DNA of 64,000 nucleotides from IMG/VR virus record IMGVR_UViG_3300046533_000687, positions 1 through 64,000 of that record. The stretch is one strand, 5' to 3'. Positions 43,298 through 53,117 of this stretch are shown one piece after another. Position numbers and translations under genes: made by a program. Position 1 is the stretch's first letter. Each line of letters opens with the position of its first letter. This stretch comes from a virus. The notes under the pieces are model-generated. The model ran no database searches and was not told the origin of the DNA. It saw only the letters and a program-made list of their open reading frames with translations.

Positions 43298-46010
43298 ATC
43301 CTTTTCGATCGACACGCTGAACCATCCGCCGACCTACGAAGGCGGACGGAAGATCGGTAAGGTGCAGTCGATGGGTACCATCAACCGCGAGCTGTCCGAC
43401 CGCAGCAGCAGCTACAAGCCAGGCTCGGGACAGTGCACGGTGGATGACACGGACCGCCTGCTCAGTACACTTGAAGCTGACGCGGCGTCGAAGAATTGGT
43501 TCAACCGTGAGATGCGCATCTGCCTCGCGTCGAACGAGTCTATCATCGCCAATCAGACGCCATGGACGCGGTTCCGCGGCATCCTGACGGCGAATCAGCA
43601 GACCGGGCTGCAGCGGACGCTTACGTACCTCTCGGCGCTCGGCTCGGAGTTTTCTCCCCTCGATCTTGATCGTACGCTTCCGAGCAGACAGGTGAAGGAT
43701 GACTTCGCCGCGACTGCTCCGTCCGAGTCGCTTGACAAGTTCGTCCCGATCTGCATGGGCATCTTTCCGGATCGAACGTTCGGCGTAACACCACCACCAA
43801 CAGTTCCAGTAGCGAATGTGCAGTGGGCTCTTGACGCCCGTGCAGCCGCGCCTACTGGATTTACGGCTATCTACTCTAATGCTGGCGTTGTGTATTATCC
43901 TGACCATCCATCCTGGGGCTTTTATGATGGCGTCACTATCTGGTATGCACTCGCGGCAGTTATTGATAACGGTACGAGTGAGGGCATCGAATCGGAACCT
44001 GCCCTTATCAGTGTCGCCGTAGGGTCGCAAGGACAGGTCGATCTGACATGGGACGCGTACAGCGGCCCGCCAATCTTGGGGTGGCGGATGTGGGCTGCGC
44101 TTGGCAGTAGTTTTGCGCAGCACTCTGTACTCTGCGAAACAACCGGTTCACGACCAGCCGTCACCCTTCCATCTGGTACGCTTGCATATACCGATTACTC
44201 CGGAGGAACCCGAAACGATCCCGATACCGATCCGCCCAATTGGCGGCTTGCACTCCGAATCAATCAGTACTATCTCGTGTACGCTCAGCTTACATCGATC
44301 GCTGACGGGTCCATAACGTTCAGCCCACGAGCGCAAAGCGGAGAAACCTTCATCGCACCCGCGTTCCTGTCAACGGTAGGTCCAATAGGACGTCTATATA
44401 ACGCGACGGTCACGTGGGACCCGTATACAGCACCCTCCGGTTGGACGCTGACGGGTTATCGCATCATTCGTCACCGCTCATTCTATAGCTCTTGGGCCCC
44501 ACTTTTTGACGTACAGTTCGACGTCGGACCAGGGGTAACATCGGTTGATGACGTTGGGCATGGCGCGGCCTACTGGGATAGTTACTCGGACAATCCGTCC
44601 GTCGTGATTCCTGGACTGGCTTCGGCTGGCGCGAACGACGGAGTGATCGTCGGTATTCCGGTCGGAAAGGCGACGGTTAACGGCATCGTCGTCAATCAGC
44701 TGATGCTTTGCGGGCATGCAATTCGAGAGGTGGATGACGGCTATACGAGTCGCGACATTTCTGGAACGGGGCAGCCAACAACAACGGTTCCGGTCTTCGA
44801 CTTTATTCCGGATAGCGATTGGGGTGTTAAGTGGTGGGCACCGGGAAAGCTGGGTTGGTCGAGCATGTCCGCGACTAACTATGTGGTGGTGAACAGCAAC
44901 TGGTACACGATCGTCTACACGACCGTCGACCCACTTCCGACGACGGTGCTCTTCCGCGCCTGCACGATGGAAGATGTCAGCGACGGTTCTGGCAGTACGA
45001 TCGACGGCGCCACGCGTCAGCTGTTTCACCTCTGTCAGAACTTCATCTTGCCGCCATCCGGTCAAGCGTGGAAGAGCGGCGCATGGCTGGCACCGCGTAC
45101 GTTCGTCGACGGGACGCCGGTCGTCAACTCCGCCGACGTCGCCGCGAACGAGGCCGTCGAGATTGCACGCATCGGACGCTACTATCGCGGGCAGATATAT
45201 CTTGATCAGCCGACCTCGGTCCGCGACCTGCTTGGAAGAGCCTTTGAGTCGTTCGGCTATCGCTTCGGCGAGAATCACCACGGGCAGTTCTTCTGGACGT
45301 TGCTCGATGAGTTCACGGATCTTGATACCGTCACGCTCTTGACGGACGTACGCGAGATCGTCGCGGACACGGTTCTCGACCCGCGCCTCTCGGATATGGC
45401 GAATACCGAGGTGTACTCTTATGGGTACCGGCCTGCTGACAGCACAGGGTTCGTGAAGAACAATCAGCAGGTGCAAGACGATTATGCTATCGGTACAGAT
45501 ACGCCGCCAACCGGTAATCGCGGTCGTGCTAAGCGACATACGCGGAGCATGTTCTATGTCGACGATCCTGAGACGGTGACGAGCGTCATCGGCCAGGACC
45601 TGCTGTTCTACGCGTATCCGCCGCGCTACGTCACGGTCGTCTGTAGCCTGCAGGCTGTGCCGGTGAAGCTCGGGTCGATCGTGCAGGTGAACGACTATCA
45701 GGGCATCGGCGCAACTGGCTGGCTCAATCGCCCGCTTTGGGTACTCGGGATCCAGGATACGTACAACGACCTGCAGAGTGCGCCGACGATTCAGCTCTCG
45801 TGCGTAGACGTGTATCCCATCCTCGTGTCACCTCCGAAGATCAGCGCGCAGATCATCGAGCACGTGACGATGTCCGACGTGCTGATCCCGAACACGCTGA
45901 CGGCTGGGCCTTCGGAGCATGTCAGAGTTTCCGAGAGCACGTCGCGTACTCTGAATCCGCTCGGCGCGTTCCTCACAGAAACTATCAAGTCGTCGGAGGT
46001 GAAACTGTAA
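43287..46010 (+). CDS. tail hub / central tail tip protein
   Basis: 907 aa, TTG start with GGAG RBS; position at end of tail module; lower-GC central insert; C-terminal EH/ET repeats. Confidence 0.65.
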   Translation: MTIRSFSIDTLNHPPTYEGGRKIGKVQSMGTINRELSDRSSSYKPGSGQCTVDDTDRLLSTLEADAASKNWFNREMRICLASNESIIANQTPWTRFRGILTANQQTGLQRTLTYLSALGSEFSPLDLDRTLPSRQVKDDFAATAPSESLDKFVPICMGIFPDRTFGVTPPPTVPVANVQWALDARAAAPTGFTAIYSNAGVVYYPDHPSWGFYDGVTIWYALAAVIDNGTSEGIESEPALISVAVGSQGQVDLTWDAYSGPPILGWRMWAALGSSFAQHSVLCETTGSRPAVTLPSGTLAYTDYSGGTRNDPDTDPPNWRLALRINQYYLVYAQLTSIADGSITFSPRAQSGETFIAPAFLSTVGPIGRLYNATVTWDPYTAPSGWTLTGYRIIRHRSFYSSWAPLFDVQFDVGPGVTSVDDVGHGAAYWDSYSDNPSVVIPGLASAGANDGVIVGIPVGKATVNGIVVNQLMLCGHAIREVDDGYTSRDISGTGQPTTTVPVFDFIPDSDWGVKWWAPGKLGWSSMSATNYVVVNSNWYTIVYTTVDPLPTTVLFRACTMEDVSDGSGSTIDGATRQLFHLCQNFILPPSGQAWKSGAWLAPRTFVDGTPVVNSADVAANEAVEIARIGRYYRGQIYLDQPTSVRDLLGRAFESFGYRFGENHHGQFFWTLLDEFTDLDTVTLLTDVREIVADTVLDPRLSDMANTEVYSYGYRPADSTGFVKNNQQVQDDYAIGTDTPPTGNRGRAKRHTRSMFYVDDPETVTSVIGQDLLFYAYPPRYVTVVCSLQAVPVKLGSIVQVNDYQGIGATGWLNRPLWVLGIQDTYNDLQSAPTIQLSCVDVYPILVSPPKISAQIIEHVTMSDVLIPNTLTAGPSEHVRVSESTSRTLNPLGAFLTETIKSSEVKL

Positions 46011-46447
46011 TGGAGATCACGGCATACACGCTGGCGCAGCGATTCGTCGGACTCGCCGAGGTGGCCGGCGCTGTAGACAACGCGCAGATCGACGCCTTCC
46101 TGCACCTCGACCAGCCTGAGTCCGGGCTTAAGGACGAGACGCCCTGGTGCTCGGCGTTCGTCAACTGGATCTCGTGGCTCCTGCGCCTGCCTAGGTCGAA
46201 GAGCCTGGCGGCCCGTAGCAGCTTGAGTATCGGCATCCCCGTCAACCTCGACGACGCCGAGGCGGGATTCGACATCGTGATCCTGTGGCGGGATAGCCCG
46301 ACGGCCGCGACCGGGCACGTCGGCTTCTACGCGGGGCGCGAGGGTGAGAACGTGCTCGTGCTAGGCGGAAACCAGAACAATCGGGTTAGCATCCAGAGCT
46401 TCTCGGCTGATCGGGTGCTCGGCGTGAGGCGTCTTGCGAGTCAGTAA
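46010..46447 (+). CDS. endolysin, TIGR02594-like (NlpC/P60-CHAP peptidase)
   Basis: DETPWCSAFVNW, ARS, GHVGF, VLGGNQ. Confidence 0.85.
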   Translation: MEITAYTLAQRFVGLAEVAGAVDNAQIDAFLHLDQPESGLKDETPWCSAFVNWISWLLRLPRSKSLAARSSLSIGIPVNLDDAEAGFDIVILWRDSPTAATGHVGFYAGREGENVLVLGGNQNNRVSIQSFSADRVLGVRRLASQ

Positions 46448-46478
46448 CTGGACATTGGCAACAGAACAGAAGGGACAT

Positions 46479-46820
46479 ATGATTATTGCATTCAGCTCAG
46501 CACCGTTCGGGCGACCCGGCAGCGATGACTTTCGACAGGTCGGCACGGTAATGCCGGCCGAAAGGGCAGGCTACGTCATCATAGCCTGGGCGCCGACAGG
46601 TGCTGACGGTCGCGTACCGGCGAATCCGTCGACCATTCTCGGCCTGTCGCCCGACGGCAACTACAGCACGTCGCCGGCCAACGAGGTCGGTAACGGTCAG
46701 CAGTTCAAGATCGATAACGGGAGCCTCGTCGTCAGGCCTAACATCAGCCTCAATGATGGATCCGTCTTGGGGCCGGGTCCGACCGTCGCCTATGTCATCG
46801 CCATGCGGGTGATAGGATGA
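46479..46820 (+). CDS. hypothetical protein
   Basis: AAGGGA RBS, 113 aa. Confidence 0.6.
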   Translation: MIIAFSSAPFGRPGSDDFRQVGTVMPAERAGYVIIAWAPTGADGRVPANPSTILGLSPDGNYSTSPANEVGNGQQFKIDNGSLVVRPNISLNDGSVLGPGPTVAYVIAMRVIG

Positions 46821-48079
46821 GCGCCTCGCTGATCTTGCTGGGTGGTGGCACAGCTGCACGCCCACCTCGCCGAGGAGTGGTTCGAGCAGATGGCAAGGCG
46901 GTCCGTGACGATGCGGGCTTCTTCCATCCGCTCGGCATGACGTTCTTCTGGGCCCCGCAAGGATGGAAGTTTGATAACGCGAGGTTCCTGAAGAATCTCG
47001 ACTGGGCCGCAGCACTTCCCGCGCCTCCGGACTACCTGCGCGTTCTTGGACAGGTCGACTGGCCAGGGTGGGAGATCGATCCCAACTGGCTCGACTACGA
47101 CGAGGTGATGTATAACGTCTTCAACGCCATCCATGAACGCGGCATGCGCACCGAACTCACGATGTGCGGCTCTCCATATAACGACCCCTGGAGCCTCGCG
47201 CATCGACTTTCGATGATCATGCGCGACCACACAGACTGGTTCATGGACGTCGAGACGTGGAACGAGTGGACACAGAACGGTGGATCGATAGGCGCCATGA
47301 AGGATGCCGCAGAAATCTTCCTTAACGAGTCAGGCGTGCCGCTCGTCGCCCTGTCGTCGAATATCGTCAACCCAGACCGCGTGATCGCCGACGCATCCGC
47401 CGAGTGCGGCGCGACGCTCGGTACTGATCACACGGATCGCGATGACGGCGACTTCGGCTGGCGCATGGTGCGGCAGGGGAACGGGTCGAAGGACACGCGG
47501 CTCGTCTATTCGGCCAACGAGCCTCCCGGACCGAACTCGAGCATCAACGTGCTGGAGAACCCGTTGCAGCTGGCGATGCTCCGGCAGACCTCGGTACAGT
47601 CAGGCGGCGCGCTGTTCGTGCTGCACGTCGGCGACATGGTGATGGGCAAGGAGGATCCTGCGCACGGCCGGCATCCAAATCTCTGGGAGGTCGACAACCT
47701 TCCGGCGCTCTTCGCCGCGGTGCGTGGCGTCGATCGCTTCCTGCCGGATGGCATCGAGAACTGGACGCCGACGAATCAGCACGGCACGACCGAGCGCGTC
47801 GGGCCGCACCCGCTACTTGCCGATGGCATATGGTCGGACGGCGACGACCACGGCGTGAACAGGGCCTATGGCGCGGTCAGCGGCAATCAGTTCGTCGAGT
47901 CCTTGCTCGGTGTAAAAGGCTATGTCACGCTGACAGCAGATAGGCCGATGACGGCAAGCGCGTTCGACCCGGTGACTGGCGACGTAGTTTCCGCCGTCAC
48001 GCTCGCGCCCGGACAGTCGTGGACGCTACAGGGCCGGGACGACACGATGGTCGGATACGTGGTGAAAGGACAGTGGTGA
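46817..48079 (+). CDS. putative glycoside hydrolase (TIM barrel, clan GH-A-like)
   Basis: DD.G.F.PLG.T.FW, YLRV, E.WNE, NEP motifs. Confidence 0.55.
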   Translation: MSASLILLGGGTAARPPRRGVVRADGKAVRDDAGFFHPLGMTFFWAPQGWKFDNARFLKNLDWAAALPAPPDYLRVLGQVDWPGWEIDPNWLDYDEVMYNVFNAIHERGMRTELTMCGSPYNDPWSLAHRLSMIMRDHTDWFMDVETWNEWTQNGGSIGAMKDAAEIFLNESGVPLVALSSNIVNPDRVIADASAECGATLGTDHTDRDDGDFGWRMVRQGNGSKDTRLVYSANEPPGPNSSINVLENPLQLAMLRQTSVQSGGALFVLHVGDMVMGKEDPAHGRHPNLWEVDNLPALFAAVRGVDRFLPDGIENWTPTNQHGTTERVGPHPLLADGIWSDGDDHGVNRAYGAVSGNQFVESLLGVKGYVTLTADRPMTASAFDPVTGDVVSAVTLAPGQSWTLQGRDDTMVGYVVKGQW

Positions 48080-48240
48080 TGTGGATCACCGTGCGCATGG
48101 AGATCGTCGAGATCGCGGGGAAGCCTCAGGTCGAGGATGACGTGAAACGTATCCTGCAGAAGCTGCCATATCGACACGAGCTTCCTGACGCGATCATCGA
48201 GTGGAACCCGGCATCTATTCACGTAGAAGTGGAGGACTAG
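48079..48240 (+). CDS. small hypothetical protein
   Basis: TGATG coupling. Confidence 0.45.
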   Translation: MWITVRMEIVEIAGKPQVEDDVKRILQKLPYRHELPDAIIEWNPASIHVEVED

Positions 48241-48241
48241 C

Positions 48242-48400
48242 ATGTTGACAACACAAGTCTCGACCGGACTGCGCGTTATCTTTATCGTCTTCGGCCTCGG
48301 CTGCGAGCTGATCGCCGGATTTAAGGTCGTCAATCCTGAGGGCAGGATCAACTTCACCGCGATGGGCCTGGCATTCTGGTTCGCCGCGACCCTACTCTGA
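48242..48400 (+). CDS. small 2-TM membrane protein (not in ORF track)
   Basis: GGAGG RBS; MLTTQVSTGLRVIFIVFGLG...GLAFWFAATLL. Confidence 0.55.
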   Translation: MLTTQVSTGLRVIFIVFGLGCELIAGFKVVNPEGRINFTAMGLAFWFAATLL

Positions 48401-48981
48401 TGGGGAAGATCTCCGTCGCAGGCGTGAGCTTGGAGGATGTACCGGGCTGGGCAGTGAGCCTCGTCGCGGTGATCATCGTCAGCGTCGTGGCGTTCGGGCT
48501 GTGGTGGAAGACGGTGCGAGACCCATCGCGGCAGCTCGTCACGCTCCGCGAGGCGAACAACGCGCTACACGCGGAGGTGGAAGAGTACAACAAGCACATC
48601 GGCGAGGTGGCCGAGACGACATCCGTCCTGATGAACGACGTACGTGGCAAGCTGACCGCAGGCCGGTACAATGATGGCTGCATCCTCTTGACACGCACGA
48701 TTCCAGGCGGGCTGAAGTCGAAGCTCATCGCGGATCTTGCCCTTGACCTGCATGGTGCAGAACCGAAGGCGTTCAACTGGCCTGCGATGCCGGTCGTCGA
48801 AGCTCAAGGGCGCTGCCTGAATCCTCATCCAGGCGTCTTTACCTGGTCATATGGTCAGAAGAATGGCTGCTGGGTCGAAGTCTGGCGGCGGTTTCAGGAC
48901 GGCTGCACGCACGTTCAGATGCTCGACGCATGCGACGGAAGCTGGAATCCGAACATCAGGTGGACATACTGCGTCCACTAA
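48400..48981 (+). CDS. membrane-anchored coiled-coil protein with Cys-rich C-terminus (i-spanin-like?)
   Basis: N-terminal TM, coiled coil, several Cys; lysis region. Confidence 0.45.
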   Translation: MGKISVAGVSLEDVPGWAVSLVAVIIVSVVAFGLWWKTVRDPSRQLVTLREANNALHAEVEEYNKHIGEVAETTSVLMNDVRGKLTAGRYNDGCILLTRTIPGGLKSKLIADLALDLHGAEPKAFNWPAMPVVEAQGRCLNPHPGVFTWSYGQKNGCWVEVWRRFQDGCTHVQMLDACDGSWNPNIRWTYCVH

Positions 48982-48992
48982 AGGAGAAGCAG

Positions 48993-49178
48993 ATGGCGAA
49001 TCGTCGTGACTTGACAGAACGTAATCTCGACGCGCAGAAGAAGCGGAATCTTGAGATGAAGGATGCGCTCATCAACCGAGCGGGCTCGCTCGATCATCGC
49101 ATGTCGAACCTCAGCGACCTGGTAGACAACCTGATCAGGCGCGTCACGGCACTCGAAATAAAGGTCGGGAGGGGCTAG
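48993..49178 (+). CDS. small coiled-coil protein
   Basis: AGGAG RBS. Confidence 0.55.
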   Translation: MANRRDLTERNLDAQKKRNLEMKDALINRAGSLDHRMSNLSDLVDNLIRRVTALEIKVGRG

Positions 49179-49552
49179 TGGAAGAAAAGGCCATCGAAAA
49201 CTTGCCGGTCACGGTGATCGGCGTCAGGACAGATAACACCGGCTCGCCGATCACGAACGGGCAGGTGATTCAGACACCCGACCACCAACCGAACCTTGTG
49301 TTCCAGGTCATCGGACCGCTGACGGCAATCCTCGTGCGAACGCTGAACGCGTTCGTGACGACGTACATCGGCATCGCGACGGCGGCAGGACTTGGAGGGG
49401 CCTCGCTGGTCCCTTACACGGACCTGAAGGACCTGCTTATCAAGTCGGCTGTACTCTCGCTATCCGGCGCCGCGCTGGTGTTTCTCAAGAGCGTGGCGAC
49501 GATCCTCGGCGATCTTGAAAAGAATCACCCACTATTGACAGGGAGTGTGTAA
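49178..49552 (+). CDS. holin-like membrane protein
   Basis: Two hydrophobic helices; lysis region. Confidence 0.5.
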   Translation: MEEKAIENLPVTVIGVRTDNTGSPITNGQVIQTPDHQPNLVFQVIGPLTAILVRTLNAFVTTYIGIATAAGLGGASLVPYTDLKDLLIKSAVLSLSGAALVFLKSVATILGDLEKNHPLLTGSV

Positions 49553-49553
49553 C

Positions 49554-50015
49554 GTGAAACGAATTCTTCTATGCGTTATCATCGTTCAACTCGGCTGCAT
49601 GCACACGTCGCTCAAGCAGCAGGCGGTGATCGGCGTCCAGGCCTCGGAGACGGCGCTGGAAGCTGCTCACGACATCGAGCGCAGCCTGTGCTTCGTCAAC
49701 CCGACGACCGAGCAGGGCGGACACTGCACGAACGCCATCGCTGCCACGGTCGGACTGACCGACGCCAAGCATCAGCAGCTGGCGACGCTCTTCGCCAAGG
49801 CGTTCGCGACGGAGATCAAGGCGTCCATCGCGCTGCAGGCGTGGAACTCAGGCGACCCGGCACCGACGAACCTCGTTGAGTACAAGGCAGATGTGGACGC
49901 GGTACTCAACCTCGCGCGTCAGCTGGTCACCGGTCAGGCGCAGTCGTTCATCGACAAGGCGCAGGCGGCTGTCGACGAGGCCGCGAAGATCATCACCATC
50001 TTTGGAGGCAAGTAA
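49554..50015 (+). CDS. lipoprotein (possible o-spanin-like)
   Basis: MKRILLCVIIVQLG-C lipobox-like N-terminus. Confidence 0.55.
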   Translation: MKRILLCVIIVQLGCMHTSLKQQAVIGVQASETALEAAHDIERSLCFVNPTTEQGGHCTNAIAATVGLTDAKHQQLATLFAKAFATEIKASIALQAWNSGDPAPTNLVEYKADVDAVLNLARQLVTGQAQSFIDKAQAAVDEAAKIITIFGGK

Positions 50016-50207
50016 ATGTCAATCGCATTCATCATGCTCCTGCCACAGCTGATCGCAGCCGGCATCGCGACGGAGCAGCAGATCGTCGGACTCGTCAAGT
50101 CGTTCAATCCTGGGATGACAGACGCGGAGATGAACGCCGTACTCGAGATCGTCAAGGCCGGGGCCGCGAAGCACCTTGCGCAGGCGCAGGCGGACGCTGG
50201 GAAGTAG
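50016..50207 (+). CDS. small hypothetical protein
   Basis: GGAGG RBS; last gene of + strand block. Confidence 0.6.
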   Translation: MSIAFIMLLPQLIAAGIATEQQIVGLVKSFNPGMTDAEMNAVLEIVKAGAAKHLAQAQADAGK

Positions 50208-50222
50208 GAATCCCATCTAGAA

Positions 50223-50401
50223 CCGTCCAGGATTGATTAGGAGCCATTTTCTTTCAGTCAGGCTAGTTACCCCTTACCTGACCGGTGAAAGACGGTCCTG
50301 AGCCATCCTGGACGGGAAAAGTTCGCCGCCCGACGACGGAATGCCCCGTCGCTCCGATAATTAGACACCCCACGTTGGGACGGGAGGGTGCGGGCGGCGA
50401 A
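50223..50401. terminator. two large stem-loops at the convergence of late (+) and early (-) operons
   Basis: CCGTCCAGGAT(50223)/ATCCTGGACGG(50305) and TTCGCCGCCCG(50322)/CGGGCGGCGAA(50391) with internal helices. Confidence 0.5.
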
Positions 50402-50406
50402 TCTCG

Positions 50407-51210
50407 TTACATCTCTGCTCGCGCTTCAATCTTCTCCGCATCGAACGCGTCGGGGTCGACGAACTGATCGTCATCGACCACAACCTTCCGATCCTTCCAC
50501 GCATCGAACATGTCGATGGCCAACTTCTCGATCGAGCTGTCCGGCGTCAGCCAGCCGGCATTCTCGATCTTGTAGATGGCATACACGCCCTGCGTCTTCT
50601 TGTCAGTGGCGCTCCCTGTCGTCAGCTTGTAGACGCCCTTGCAGATCAGCTTCTGTCCGCGCATCTCGATCAGCAGGTTGAGGTGCTTGGCCGCCTTGAG
50701 GCCTGACGACTTCAGCGACAGCGCGACGACGTTCTGCATCGGGTCCGTCGGATCGAAGTCGTTCAACAGCAGGCAGATGAAATCGTGGAACTCGGTCGCG
50801 ACCGGCTTCTCGCCGTTCGGTCCGAACTTCGTCCGTGGATCGCCAGACCGCACGTTCCGGTCCTTGATGCCGCCACCCTGGCTGAGCGGGTTGAACTCGA
50901 TCCAGCGCGGATCGTCGCGACGGAGGATGACGAAGAACACCGGCCCCTTGCCGAAGTTCTTCTTCGAGAGGCTGTGATAGAGGTCGGTGAACTGAAGCCC
51001 CTCGATATAGCGCTCGACGGTCGGGTCGATCTCGGGCGACATCTTCTGCGCGATGGCGAGACGCGGCATCAGCACGTCGTCGCGTCCGATGCCCTCGCTG
51101 CCGAGGGTGCCTTCGTCCTTGCCTGCCGGACGCTCCTGCGTGATCATGCCTTCGAGGCCCTTCGGAACTTCTAGCGTTGCTGCTGACTGCTTTGCGATCT
51201 TGTCGGTCAT
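50407..51210 (-). CDS. phage ssDNA-binding/replication-associated protein
   Basis: PRLAIAQKMSPE motif, acidic C-terminus, next to gp33-like gene. Confidence 0.55.
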   Translation of the reverse strand: MTDKIAKQSAATLEVPKGLEGMITQERPAGKDEGTLGSEGIGRDDVLMPRLAIAQKMSPEIDPTVERYIEGLQFTDLYHSLSKKNFGKGPVFFVILRRDDPRWIEFNPLSQGGGIKDRNVRSGDPRTKFGPNGEKPVATEFHDFICLLLNDFDPTDPMQNVVALSLKSSGLKAAKHLNLLIEMRGQKLICKGVYKLTTGSATDKKTQGVYAIYKIENAGWLTPDSSIEKLAIDMFDAWKDRKVVVDDDQFVDPDAFDAEKIEARAEM

Positions 51211-51237
51211 TATGCTTTTCCTTTTGTGTGTTGAATG

Positions 51238-51432
51238 TTACTCGCTCGCCGTGTTGATGTGCACCTCCATCCCCATGATCCGGCTCAGGTAGGCTTCCGT
51301 CTCCCGGATCTTGTCGGTCAGGTCGCCGATCGTGATCGATTTATACGGCACCTCGCAGCCCGTGATGGTCTGCTTCTTGACGAGAATGCCGTCCGGTATG
51401 TGGAAGTCGATGGCGACCTTGATGGTGCTCAC
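51238..51432 (-). CDS. hypothetical protein
   Basis: ORF in operon. Confidence 0.5.
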   Translation of the reverse strand: MSTIKVAIDFHIPDGILVKKQTITGCEVPYKSITIGDLTDKIRETEAYLSRIMGMEVHINTASE

Positions 51433-51659
51433 TTGTGCTCCCTATAGGCAGTGAAACAAGCGGGGCACAGCCAACCAAATTCCGCCGTACATCTCCATCC
51501 ATCCGCTCTCTTGAGCTTGATCATTTCAGAAACCGAACCGGCATGTTGATAGTGTTGTTCACAGTCATATGCGCGCCACGATGGAGATTCTGACATCCTA
51601 GCTCCAGCGCACCACAGCGTGTGCTCATGTGTGACGCGGCCGCGTTCCCACTTCTCCAT
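51429..51659 (-). CDS. Zn-binding hypothetical protein
   Basis: WC...C...GW....WLCPAC. Confidence 0.5.
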   Translation of the reverse strand: MEKWERGRVTHEHTLWCAGARMSESPSWRAYDCEQHYQHAGSVSEMIKLKRADGWRCTAEFGWLCPACFTAYREHK

Positions 51660-51661
51660 AC

Positions 51662-52264
51662 CTATGCCTTGTTGAGACGTACCATGACCTTCGCGAACAC
51701 CTCGACCCCGTCAGGCGGCGCCTCGCCCGCCAGCGTCCTCTCCTTTGCGATCGCGTTCATGCTCGACGGCCACAGCTGCAACTGGTTTTCATAGCCGTTC
51801 GCCACGCACCACTGCCGGAACGCCTCCTTGTCCCTCACCTGTCCGAACGGCTCGCTGTAGGTGCTGACCGACGCGCCGCTATCGAGCCGCAGTGACGCCA
51901 GCTTTTCGGCTTCCATCTGCTCGATCATCAACTGCTCATAGGCGTCAAGGAGCAGCTGAGCCGACGACTTCCAGCTGGCGATAACGTCCATCGCGTGGCG
52001 TACCTCGGCGTAGGCGTTGGCGAAGGCCGCGGCGTGGAGCTTGCCGGCCACAGCGCGCTTCAGCAGGATGAAGGCGTCTTCGACCGCCGTGTCCGCGGCG
52101 CGCATGGAACTGCGGGCTTGCGCGCAGACGTTATAGTCGTCGTCCGGCGCCTCGCGGATCTCCGCCTTCACCCGGTCGACGAGGTCCCTGCGCTCGGGCT
52201 CGACGCTATTGAACTTCGGCAGCGAGCCGACGACGTGGGCGTACTTGGTGGGACGGGAGGCCAT
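51662..52264 (-). CDS. phage gp33-like replication-module protein
   Basis: V.DKEAF..W...NG, ER...GE.PP.GV.VF. Confidence 0.55.
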   Translation of the reverse strand: MASRPTKYAHVVGSLPKFNSVEPERRDLVDRVKAEIREAPDDDYNVCAQARSSMRAADTAVEDAFILLKRAVAGKLHAAAFANAYAEVRHAMDVIASWKSSAQLLLDAYEQLMIEQMEAEKLASLRLDSGASVSTYSEPFGQVRDKEAFRQWCVANGYENQLQLWPSSMNAIAKERTLAGEAPPDGVEVFAKVMVRLNKA

Positions 52265-52498
52265 TTAGACTTCTCCTATTTGATCGCCGAAAGAATCCGT
52301 TGATTCATCAGCAAGGCGCCGGTCGTCGACAGTAACGATCGCCGCATTACCTGTCTTCTCATCAACCCGAAGTTTCATCTTAACTTCGTAGCAGGCGTAC
52401 ATGAACTTATCTAGTGCGGCTCCCGTCAATCCTGCTCGCTCACCCTGGTCTCGCATGGATTCTTTGCTACCGTGGAGCCAAACAGTGATTAATTGCAT
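52265..52498 (-). CDS. hypothetical protein
   Basis: AGGAG RBS; F.YACYEV...L.VD..TG. Confidence 0.6.
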   Translation of the reverse strand: MQLITVWLHGSKESMRDQGERAGLTGAALDKFMYACYEVKMKLRVDEKTGNAAIVTVDDRRLADESTDSFGDQIGEV

Positions 52499-52565
52499 GA
52501 CTTCTCCTTACCCGACATCGGACAGCTCCACCTTCACGCGAGTACCGACTCGCCACTGTGGTTCG

Positions 52566-53117
52566 TCATCTCCAGCCTTGAAGACGAGCGTCATGCGGTC
52601 GTCGTGCAGCGGGCGATCCGAGATGGCGATTGACGCCGACGACGCCGGTGCCCTGCCCCCGCCGCACTTCGCGGTAGCGTTCGATCGTGTCGGTCACGAT
52701 GTCCGTGAGGCGCCAGGCGCCGAACGCCACGCTGCCGCCGGTCGGACGCGGGAGCACCGTCCCGCAGATCGTCGTGAGCGCCAAGGTGAAGGCGCCCGCC
52801 GTCGCCGCGCGCTCGACCTTCACATAGCGGTCGAGATACGTGTCGGCGAGCTGACGCAGCGTCATCTCCTCGCGCGCCTGGGGCTGGCCGAACTTGCCCG
52901 CCTTGATCGCGATCCGGATCTTCGCGGCTTCGTCCTCCGCGCCCCCCTCTCCGTTCTTCGAGTCCACATGGCGACCGAGATGCCGATCGAGGCTGAAGCG
53001 GTGATGCACGCCGGCCCATTTGAACGAAAAATGCCATCCGTGCGGGCACTTCGCCCACGCGCGGCGGGGGCAGCCGCAGACTTTCCGGAGCCCGTGGTTC
53101 GTGTGTCGTGCCTTCAT
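52566..53117 (-). pseudogene. truncated tyrosine integrase (N-terminal part only)
   Basis: RK.CGC....W.KC.H.W.F.F, core-binding-like TL..LAD.YL...I.....IE.Y...R...G...VNR.L then abrupt loss of similarity at ~52615; no catalytic domain. Confidence 0.65.

Noticed and set aside
23616-46010. Diversity-generating retroelement or invertase shufflon acting on tail genes
   Set aside because: No reverse transcriptase or invertase ORF, and no adenine-specific TR/VR pair or inverted crossover sites were seen.
52566-53117. Functional phage integrase / prophage boundary
   Set aside because: The catalytic domain is missing, phage-type genes continue on both sides, and no att-like repeat or tRNA was seen.
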